Below, piece by piece: positions 22,153 through 34,126 of a stretch of DNA of 34,126 bases (the first letter of the stretch is position 1; every line of letters begins with the position of its first letter). The notes beneath the pieces were generated by a model, which was given only the letters and a program-made list of their open reading frames with translations, was not told where the DNA came from and ran no database searches. Made by a program: the position numbers and the translations under genes. Source of the DNA: Squatina squatina (taxonomy: Eukaryota); contig JARFOE010000009.1 of assembly GCA_031763465.1 (NCBI GenBank), forward strand, positions 1 through 34,126, written 5' to 3'.

Positions 22153-24189
22153 CCCCTCCCCGGCTTGACAGGAGGCCCCATCCCTGGCCTAACAGGAGGT
22201 CCTTACCCTGGCCTGACTGGAGGTCCCATCTCCGGCCTGGGGCTAACTGGAGGCCTCATCCCCGGCCTGGGCCTAACTGGAGGTCCCATCCCCGGCCTGG
22301 GCCTAACTGGAGGCCCCATCCCTGGTTTGGGCCTAACTGGAGGCCCCATCCCCGGCCTAACTGGAGGTCCCATCCCCAGCCTAACTAGAGGTCCTATCAC
22401 TGGCGTGGGCTTCGGAGAGGGTGAGAAAGGCAAGGGGAAGCCGGACATTGTACAGATCGACCTGACTAGTGAAGACGAGGCGGGCGAGCGGACCCCAGGC
22501 CAGGAGGAGGCAGCAGACAGGCCTGGGCCTGTCCCCGAGGTATCCATACCTGCCTCCTCATCCTTGCTCAAGCAGCCTGAGCCTCCCGCTAAAACTGGCC
22601 CCCCTCGGGAGCTAGGCCCCGGCCTTGAGCTGGACACCAATGGGCCTCTGGCCGAGGCATTCAGCCACTTCCCGTACCCGAGCCCAGCCGAGTTGGCCCG
22701 CTGCGGCCTCTCGGCGGGGCTGCCGGCCGAGCGAGTGAGAGTCTGGTTCATGGTGCAGAGGCTGCGGCACGGCATCAGCTGGACACCCGAGGAAGTGCGG
22801 GAGGCCCGGGACAAGCTGTGGCGCAAGCCAGGGACTCTGAGGCTACCCGTCCCGCCACCGCTGACCCTGTTCGCCGACAACCCCCGCCGCCCGCTTGTCC
22901 TCATTCCCACGCCGGGCCGAACTGAATCCCAGGCCTTATCTGGAGCCTATGGGGACCTGGCGAGCCGAGGCCCCAGTGGCGCCAACAGGGAGGCCCGAGA
23001 GCAAGCCCCGGGGCCTGAAGGAGGTGGTGGAGGATGCCTCCTCCCCGGTAGTCCCAAGAAGGCCCGCACCTCACCCGACGGCGCCGACTCTCCTGAGGCT
23101 TGGAGCTGCCTCCCTGGGGCCCCGCCGCTGCCTGCTGAGAGACGCTGGCGGAAGACCAAGGATCAGCTTGCTGCCTTGAAGAGCAGCTTTGCCCGCGACC
23201 GCTACCCAGACGAGGCGGAGACGAGGAGGTTGCAGGCCCGGACTGGCCTGGGCAAGTCAGAGATCAAGAGGTGGTTCAGTGACAGCCGCTATCAGCTGCG
23301 CAACCTGCCCGCCTCCTACTTCCAGCTCCGCCTCGGCGGGAGCCTGGCCTGGCAGCGCAACGGTGGACCCCTGCCCCCACAACCAGAGGCTGAGGCTGGG
23401 CCTGGCCGGGAGGGAGGCCAAGAGACGGCCGGAGAGGCGCTTCACCGCTTCAGTGAGGCCACACCGGCGCCCCAGCATGAGGTGGAAGAGGGCGATTTGA
23501 ACCAAAGAAAAGCTGAGGAGGAGGAGGAGGAGGAAGAGGCCAAGGCCGCGGCCGCAAGCCTGCCTGGCAGTTCGGTTGCCACGGAGACGGTGGCCCACTG
23601 CTCTGTTGGGAGCTCAGTCACCATGGAAACGACGGCCCACCGTGCCCAAACCCCGAGCCAAGCCCCGGCCCCCTCGCCGGGCCGCCCCAGGAAAACCAAA
23701 GAGCAGCTGGCCATCTTGAAGACTTTCTTCCTGCGCTCGCAGTGGCCGAGTGGCGACGATTACACGCGGCTGGTGGAGCGGACCACGCTGGCCCGGGCCG
23801 ACATCATCCAGTGGTTCGGCGACACTCGCTACGCCCTCAAGAACGGGCAGCTCAAGTGGGTGCACCGCAGCCCCATGGCCTTCGGGGCTGGGACGGGCCT
23901 GGAGCCTGGGCCCGGGCCTAGGACGGACTGCGGGCCTCTGGAGGAGTACCTGAGTCAGCGTGGCCGCCTGCGGCAGGAAGACCTGTACCAGCTGTGTGTG
24001 GAAACGCGGATGAGTGCCCAGCAAGTGGCCGAGTGGTTCCGGCGGAGGGCCCGGCCTCTGGAGCTGGAGCTGGAAGCCGTAGTGAGCGAGGAGGGCGGCT
24101 CTGAGGACGACGGGCCGGAGGAGGAGAGCGGTGGGGCAAGTGAAAGGAAGTTAGACCACGGGGGCCACATTGTCAGAGTGATGCTTTAA
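22153..24189 (+). CDS. HOMEZ: Homeobox and leucine zipper protein Homez (ZHX family), large coding exon, 5' end in the gap
   Basis: HD1 FSHFPYPS...VWFMVQRLRHGISWTPEEV, HD2 RKTKDQL...RWFSDSRYQ, HD3 KTKEQLAILK...IIQWFGDTRYALKNGQLKW and a C-terminal PLEEY...QQVAEWF Homez-type domain. Confidence 0.88.
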   Translation, partial: PLPGLTGGPIPGLTGGPYPGLTGGPISGLGLTGGLIPGLGLTGGPIPGLGLTGGPIPGLGLTGGPIPGLTGGPIPSLTRGPITGVGFGEGEKGKGKPDIVQIDLTSEDEAGERTPGQEEAADRPGPVPEVSIPASSSLLKQPEPPAKTGPPRELGPGLELDTNGPLAEAFSHFPYPSPAELARCGLSAGLPAERVRVWFMVQRLRHGISWTPEEVREARDKLWRKPGTLRLPVPPPLTLFADNPRRPLVLIPTPGRTESQALSGAYGDLASRGPSGANREAREQAPGPEGGGGGCLLPGSPKKARTSPDGADSPEAWSCLPGAPPLPAERRWRKTKDQLAALKSSFARDRYPDEAETRRLQARTGLGKSEIKRWFSDSRYQLRNLPASYFQLRLGGSLAWQRNGGPLPPQPEAEAGPGREGGQETAGEALHRFSEATPAPQHEVEEGDLNQRKAEEEEEEEEAKAAAASLPGSSVATETVAHCSVGSSVTMETTAHRAQTPSQAPAPSPGRPRKTKEQLAILKTFFLRSQWPSGDDYTRLVERTTLARADIIQWFGDTRYALKNGQLKWVHRSPMAFGAGTGLEPGPGPRTDCGPLEEYLSQRGRLRQEDLYQLCVETRMSAQQVAEWFRRRARPLELELEAVVSEEGGSEDDGPEEESGGASERKLDHGGHIVRVML

Positions 24190-24498
24190 CCCCTTGGGGG
24201 GGGTCAACTCTACCCGGTCCGTCTGGGGAGCTGGGGTCAACTCTACCTGGCCAGGAAGTCTTNNNNNNNNNNNNNNNNNNNNNNNNNNNNNNNNNNNNNN
24301 NNNNNNNNNNNNNNNNNNNNNNNNNNNNNNNNNNNNNNNNNNNNNNNNNNNNNNNNNNNNNNGTTTGCTACTTCCTTAAACTGAAACAGCTCTATTATTT
24401 CAATTTTTTTTGCTGACAGGAAGTGTTGATTCTTCTCAGGGCTTCTGCTCACAACACTACCTAAAAGTCATGGGGCCGCGGGATTGTAGGATTAACTC

Positions 24499-25230
24499 AG
24501 GAGGACAATGAGGTGGAGGAGGGTGAGGCAGAGGAGGACTAGGTGGAGGAGATGGAAGAGGCGGAGGAGAATGAGGAAGAGGAGGACGAGGATGATGATG
24601 ATGAGGAGGAGGATGAGGAAGAGGAGGTTGAGGAGGAGGATGACGTGGGGGAGAAGGATGAGGCAGAGGAGGAGGACAAGGAGGAGGATGAGGAGGAGGA
24701 TGAGGAAGAGGAGGATGAGGAGGAAGAGCAGGATGAGGAGGAGGAAGAGGAGGATGTTGAGGAGGAGGAAGAGGAGGATGAGGCAGAGGAGGAGGATGAG
24801 GCAGAGGAGGATGATGAGGAGAAGGAGGAAGACGAGGTGGAGGAGGAGGATGAGGATGAGGAGGAGGAGGCTGATGAGGAGGACGAGGTGGAGGAGGATG
24901 ATGAGGAAGAGGAGGATGATGATGAGGAGGAGGAGGAAGATGAGATGGAGGAGGAGGGGAGGAGGAGGATGAGGAAGAGGAGGATGAGGAGGAGGATGAA
25001 GAGGAGGAGGGTGAAGAGGATGAAGTGAGAAGGACAAGGCAGGGGCAGCGGGGAGGCAGAAGAGGGTGAGGAATAGGAGGAGGGGAGGAGGATGAGGTGG
25101 AGGAGGATGAGGCAGAGGAGGAGGAAGAGGAGGCGGAGGAGGATGGGGCAGAGGAGGGTGAGGAGTAGGAGGAGGAGGACGAGGCAGAGGAGGCAGACGA
25201 GGATGAGGAAGAGGAGGAGGGATGATGAAG
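24499..25230. repeat. (GAG/GAT/GAA)n purine-rich low-complexity tract
   Basis: About 730 bp of gaggag variants producing E/D, R, S, P and L homopolymeric ORFs. Confidence 0.9.
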
Positions 25231-25447
25231 GCAGAAAGACAATCGGCCTTCTGGATACGCTCATTGGACTCCGATTTGCATGAATGAAACCCAGGTCCTC
25301 GTAACTCACCACACCCTAACATACAATCCCTGACTTGTGCCAAATCANNNNNNNNNNNNNNNNNNNNNNNNNNNNNNNNNNNNNNNNNNNNNNNNNNNNN
25401 NNNNNNNNNNNNNNNNNNNNNNNNNNNNNNNNNNNNNNNNNNNNNNN

Positions 25448-27108
<1,661 letters not shown>

Positions 27109-27355
27109 TCAGCCCAGCAGCAGGTAGAAACTCTAGGACCCAACAGACGCACATGATTACANNNNNNNNNNNNNNNNNNNNNNNNNNNNNNNNNNNNNNN
27201 NNNNNNNNNNNNNNNNNNNNNNNNNNNNNNNNNNNNNNNNNNNNNNNNNNNNNNNNNNNNNTGATGGGTGAATGGGGCTTGGACTCGATGTGATGTGATT
27301 GGATCTGTGATGCAGCTGAGTCTCTCGGTCTGATTCTGCACCAGTTTCTCCACAG

Positions 27356-27488
27356 GAAGAAGCTCGACTTGTTTGCGAACGTGGTCCATGTCAATAGTTT
27401 GCCAGGTTACCCCACACGGCACAACAACCTGGACCTGGTGATCATCCGTGAGCAGACTGAGGGCGAGTACAGCTCACTGGAGTATGAG
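27356..27488 (+). CDS. IDH3B: NAD-dependent isocitrate dehydrogenase subunit beta exon
   Basis: cacag|G AAG AAG...GAG|gtaagg; [44 protein letters not shown] is beta-type. Confidence 0.88.
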
Positions 27489-27589
27489 GTAAGGCCTCCC
27501 CCAGACCCCCGGGCACTGGCCCGGCCTCCCCAGTCCCCAGTTCACCGGGCCCCAGCTCCAGCTCTGACTCTCCCTTTCTCTTGGGTTAG

Positions 27590-28234
27590 AGTGCTCGTGG
27601 AGTCATTGAGTGTCTGAAGATCATCACCAGAGAGAAATCTCGGCGAATCGCCAAGTTTGCTTTTGACTACGCCACGAAGAAAGGTCGCTCGAAGGTCACA
27701 GCTGTGCACAAGGCCAACATCATGAAGCTGGCCGACGGCCTCTTCCTCCAGTGCTGCCGGGAGGTGGCGTCGGGCTTCCCGGAGGTCAAGTTCACCGATG
27801 TCATCGTGGACAATGCCACCATGCAGCTGGTCGTCCGGCCTGAGCAGTTCGACGCTATGCTGATGCCCAACCTGTACGGGGTGGTGATCAACAATATCTG
27901 TGCCGGCCTGGTGGGGGGCCCGGGGCTGGTGCCGGGCGCCAGCATCGGCCGCAACTGCGCCGTCTTCCAGTCGGCCATCCGCAACACGGCCGTGAGCCTG
28001 GCCAACAGGAACGTCGCCAACCCCACCGCCATGCTGCTCGCCGGCTGCCTGATGCTTGACCACCTCAAGCTGCATGACCACGCCACGGTCATCCGGAACG
28101 CCGTTATGAAGGCCATGACAGAAGAGAAGATCCACACGCCGGACATTGGAGGCTCCGCGTCCACGACCGAAGTGGTCAACTATGTCATAAGCCAAATCCA
28201 GCAAACGCTCAAGGTGCCCGTGCAAGGCCTCTAA
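27590..28234 (+). CDS. IDH3 exon: beta-like to about 27725, then intronless gamma-like sequence to the stop
   Basis: After a 101-bp intron, ttag|AGT: [33 protein letters not shown] (beta), then [38 protein letters not shown] and HTPDIGG (gamma). Confidence 0.8.
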   Translation, partial: SARGVIECLKIITREKSRRIAKFAFDYATKKGRSKVTAVHKANIMKLADGLFLQCCREVASGFPEVKFTDVIVDNATMQLVVRPEQFDAMLMPNLYGVVINNICAGLVGGPGLVPGASIGRNCAVFQSAIRNTAVSLANRNVANPTAMLLAGCLMLDHLKLHDHATVIRNAVMKAMTEEKIHTPDIGGSASTTEVVNYVISQIQQTLKVPVQGL

Positions 28235-28349
28235 AATGGATGGTCTCGCNNNNNNNNNNNNNNNNNNNNNNNNNNNNNNNNNNNNNNNNNNNNNNNNNNN
28301 NNNNNNNNNNNNNNNNNNNNNNNNNNNNNNNNNNNNNNNNNNNNNNNNN

Positions 28350-28543
28350 TGGATGCTGAGTTGTTGAGTATGTTCAAGGCTGAGATCAATAGATGTTTGG
28401 ACTCTAGAGGAATCAAGGGATTTGTGAATCAGGCGGGAACATGGAGTTGAGGTTGAAGATCAGCCATGATCTTGTTGAATGGTGAAGCAGGCTCGAAGGA
28501 CCATGTGGCCGACTCCTGCTCCTAATTCTTATGTTCTTATGTT
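28350..28543 (+). mobile_element. CR1 LINE 3' tail
   Basis: ttcaaggctgagatcaatagat...gcaggctcgaagg...ccgactcctgctcctaattcttatgttcttatgtt. Confidence 0.85.
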
Positions 28544-28594
28544 AATGCATTTAGAAATAGAGGCCAAGACGTTTTGTGAGTTATTCTCGGTACC

Positions 28595-29117
28595 ACTCGA
28601 TTAGACCTCAGCCTGTAACCCACTGCCAGGGATCAATAATTCAAATGTAAACGATCTAAACTCTTGATTCGACCCCAGCCTGTAACCCGCTGCCAGGGAT
28701 CCATAATTTCAATGTAAATGATCTAAATCTCTTGACTAGATCCCAGCCTGTAATCCACTGCCAGGGATCCATTATTCTGTATGTAACTATGTAAATCCCT
28801 TGATTAGATCCCAGCCTGTAACCCATGACTAGGAATCCATTATTCTATATGTAATTCCCTCGATTAGATTCCAGCCTGTAACCCACTGCCAGGGATCCAT
28901 TATTCTATATGTAAACTATGTAAATCCTTCGATTAGATCCCAGCCTGTAACCTGCTGCCAGGGATCCATTATTCTATATATAAGTAGCTCAGTCCCTCGA
29001 TTAGATCCCAGCCTGTAACCCACGACCAGGAATCCATTATTCTATATGTAAACTATATAATTCCCTCGATTAGATCCCAGCCTGTAGCCCACTGCCAGGG
29101 ATCCATTATTTTATGTA
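28595..29117. repeat. About 57-66 bp minisatellite, about 8 copies
   Basis: Unit tccctcgattagatcccagcctgtaacccactgccagggatccattattctatatgtaaac. Confidence 0.9.
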
Positions 29118-29578
29118 TGAACAACAACAACTTGTATTTATATATCGCCNNNNNNNNNNNNNNNNNNNNNNNNNNNNNNNNNNNNNNNNNNNNNNNNNNN
29201 NNNNNNNNNNNNNNNNNNNNNNNNNNNNNNNNNNNNNNNNNNNNNNNNNCAGCAAGGCCAGAAGAGGAAGAAGAGGAGGAGGAGAAGGAGAGGGCGAAAG
29301 GAAACACCGCCAGACTTTTGGGGAGCTATATCCCTAGCACCCCGGCGTGGCGGGGGAAGGTCTAAACTGAGGCACCATTGGGTGTCAGGGGTCAGTAGAA
29401 GAGACCTGACGGAGTTGCGGGCATCTCCCGTGCGGACGGACCCACCTGGGAGTCGACACGCCTGACTTGGCAATACGTCAGCAAGACTGAAGGGGGGACC
29501 ACCGACCTTTGACCCCAGGCCTCTTTCCGTGCCTACCTGACCAGTTCAGAGAATTCGGAGCCTTACATTTGCCTTTAA

Positions 29579-30037
<459 letters not shown>

Positions 30038-30567
30038 TAGCGGGCTGTTCAACCGTGACCCCTTCCAGCAGTACCCAGAGACCTCCAAATATAACCCCTT
30101 CTCCCTTCATCCCCAGCTCTGGATCCATGCCCTCATTCCTAGTCTCCATCCAACTGTCTCTCTCTCTCTGTCTGGCACCTTCCCCCCTTTCCCTCTGGCA
30201 CTCTCTGCTCATCCGTTACCGCTTCCAGCGCCTTACATTGCTGAATATTAACCAAAGATTGACTGTGGCTGGGCACTGCACCCAGCAAAGACCACTTTAG
30301 AAACACAGCGACGCTTCTTATCATTTGAAGTTGCCCATCTAAGCTTGGAGCGGTGTTGACTGCACCGACCTTTCAGGGATATGGTCGCCACTCATGTGCA
30401 AGCTGATCCAGGTCGCTCACTTGCGCCTCGTTGCGCGCACCTGTCGGCGGTTTTGCAGATTTACCCTNNNNNNNNNNNNNNNNNNNNNNNNNNNNNNNNN
30501 NNNNNNNNNNNNNNNNNNNNNNNNNNNNNNNNNNNNNNNNNNNNNNNNNNNNNNNNNNNNNNNNNNN

Positions 30568-30750
30568 CATAAGGGCTGCGCAGGCTCAGTCATTGAGTAC
30601 ATTCGAGGCTGAGATTGATAGATTTTTGGACTCTAGGGGTATCAAGGAATATGGGCAGTTGATGTGGAAGATCATCCATGATCTTATTAAATGGTGGAGC
30701 AGGCTGGAGGTGCCATGTGGTCCACTCCTGTTATTTTTTTTTCCATATAT
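30568..30750 (+). mobile_element. CR1 LINE 3' tail
   Basis: Similar to 28350-28543. Confidence 0.75.
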
Positions 30751-30753
30751 GGT

Positions 30754-30846
30754 CTTGCATATGTACAGCGCCTTCCACGACCTCAGGACATGCTGTACAG
30801 CCAATGAAGTACTTTATGAAGTGTGGTTACTGTTGTAATGTAGGGA
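30754..30846 (-). mobile_element. DeuSINE tail fragment
   Basis: cagcgccttccacgacctcagga...cagccaatgaagtac...ctgttgtaatgtagg. Confidence 0.7.
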
Positions 30847-31239
30847 GAGCAAAAGAGAGACACACAGAGATTTGGCGGGAGAGAGAGAGAGAGAAGGAAA
30901 AAGCACGTACGCGAGAGAAAAGACAGGCAACCGAAGCAGACTGCAGGAATCCTACAAACGAAATAGAGAGATACAGTCACACCTCATCATTAACAGGTGG
31001 GACCTGTGTATAACATGGACCAATTGCAGCCCCTCTACCACCTGTCCCCAGCTGGAATCACTCATTTAGCAGACCAGCAAGGGTGGGGGGAGCGGAGCGG
31101 AAGAGAAATCTTGCCCCTTCCTGATCTGTGGGGCTCACAGGCGGTCATAGGTCAGCAACCTTTGCGTCACAACAATGCCACCTTCAGGACGATTTCCCTT
31201 CAACTCAACTCCTTCACAAAGCCCCAACACCCTCCCACC

Positions 31240-32410
<1,171 letters not shown>

Positions 32411-32805
32411 TTTCTCCTCCCACACCCTCCTGTAATCGCGGCAAATCTAAACTTGCCAACAACCCCCGCCTCTTGCTGCCTGTGGGCCTGCAGCGAAGGC
32501 CTGAGCTTCAGAATAACACTGCATGTTTGCTGTCGGGACCAGTCAACCTGAAGCCAACTGGAGCCTTTGGGTGAAGGGTGGCCGGAGGGCCGACGTTTGG
32601 CCTGGGGGGGCGGGGTGCGTACAGGGTGGTAACTGGCCCAGAACACGCAGCCAGAGTCCGGCCGCCATTTTGAAGTCGGTTCCTCATTTTTTCATTAAAA
32701 CTGAAAACTGCCCATGTAATCGCGTCGCGCCGTAGTTACGCCCTCTCACCAGCGGGAACACTGCAGTGCTCCCCCTCCCATTAAAGGGAACATTAAAAAA
32801 ATAGG

Positions 32806-32985
32806 AGTATGAGATTCGACCCCGAGGCTGATCCGCCTTCAATGGGATCATGGCTGATCTGATTCTGGCCTCAACTCCACTTTCCTGCCTGTTCCCCATA
32901 ATCCTTGACTTCCTTGTTGCACAAAAATCTGTCTCTCAGCCTTGAATATATTCAATGACTCGGCCTCCACAGCTCTCTGGGGTAA
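32806..32985 (-). mobile_element. CR1 LINE 3' tail
   Basis: Reverse complement of the tail seen at 28350. Confidence 0.8.
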
Positions 32986-34126
32986 NNNNNNNNNNNNNNN
33001 NNNNNNNNNNNNNNNNNNNNNNNNNNNNNNNNNNNNNNNNNNNNNNNNNNNNNNNNNNNNNNNNNNNNNNNNNNNNNNNNNNNNNGAGAGAAGTTAAAAA
33101 CCTTATTTAAAAAACACTTCCTCAGATTTTTTAAATTAAAAGTCTAACCAAAAATCAACTAAAACTAAATATATAAAATTTAAATACAAGTGCGCTTTTG
33201 AGAAATCTACTCACGCACACTGCTAAAGCTACAGATTAACTTTTTAAAAAAAGAGTATATAGCTTTTTTTTTAAAAAAAGGAAAAAAGATTATTTTGCAA
33301 CTCTTATACTTTTCAGCTTTAAAAAAGTTTTTTTGAAAAAAAATGTTGGTGCTTACTTCTGCATTCATGTTGATCTTATAGAGAGGCCCAACCAACTGGT
33401 TTTAGGGAAAAAGTGTCCACAAAACTGCGAATATAAAAAAGATTAAGAGTACAAAAGTTCAACAGAAGTAATTGAGGAAAATGAAAACTTGAAAACATTT
33501 CAATTTCGTTAAAAACTCCAGCATGAAAATTGCCGTATTTGCGATGTTAGAAGGGGTGGGGCAGGCGCCCATTGTGACACCGCTCTGACCGCCATCTTGA
33601 TCGCAGTCACGCCACGCTGCCACTGAAGCAGCGGGCAGAACGAGCATTTGCCCAACAGTAACTTCCAGGCTTCACCACACTGCATCAAATGACAGCTGCA
33701 GGCAGATGTCATCAAAATACACATATTGGTACTTTTGTTAAAAACTTAAATTCAATAGCACTAATTTAGTTCAGGAAAATCCGAGACAACGGCCACGTGA
33801 GAATTTGCCCCGAACCATCCTGGGCCTTTCTGTGATCAACATCTTGAGCGGAGCAACAAGGGGGGCGCCAACTTTTGCTTTTCCCTTTAGGAAAAAAAAT
33901 ACAAAACGTCTTTTTGTTGAAACAGCATTTCAAATTTAATTTAGAAGGACAATAATGACAGTTCATAGTGTGGACTGAAAAGACAGTACAAGAACAGGAT
34001 TAATTCTTTAGCATTACCTGGTGAGAGATTCAACACTGTATAAAAGAGCTTGTAAGGATGTGGCAAGTGAAGAGATGGCAGTGATTTCATCCCGTGCTGC
34101 AGATGCTGACTCCAATTGAATAGTTT

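Noticed and set aside
24492-25447. Pro/Leu-rich C-terminal extension of ZNF219 in the 739-aa ORF
   Set aside because: Read-through across a 100-N gap into the antisense of the GAG tract.
28595-29117. CRISPR-like repeat-spacer appearance
   Set aside because: The 'spacers' are homologous to each other, the context is eukaryotic and there are no cas genes; it is an ordinary minisatellite.

Overview
Vertebrate genomic DNA, most likely a shark (cartilaginous fish), judged from DeuSINE/SacSINE1-type SINEs, CR1 and L2 LINE tails and 'MEKPWKC' C2H2 genes. It is not contiguous: about 22 short contigs are joined by 21 gaps of exactly 100 N plus three 10-N gaps, so adjacency between contigs is unproven and ORFs crossing gaps are artefacts. 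The first half is repeat-rich. It holds the last codons of an alpha-tubulin (missed by the ORF track), one valyl-tRNA synthetase exon, a GPR139-like GPCR exon and four C2H2 zinc-finger loci. The second half is a GC-rich run of exons from IRF9, a BANP-like gene, HOMEZ, ZNF219, IDH3, a cerebellin (probably CBLN3) and HNRNPC, largely the human 14q11.2-q12 gene set. The most notable observations are an in-frame IDH3B/IDH3G chimera (spliced beta exons running into an intronless gamma-like half), a divergent BANP paralogue that may be a retained whole-genome-duplication ohnologue, and minisatellites built from AP-1 sites, a LINE tail and a dead zinc finger. All identifications come from recalled family sequences; no search was run.
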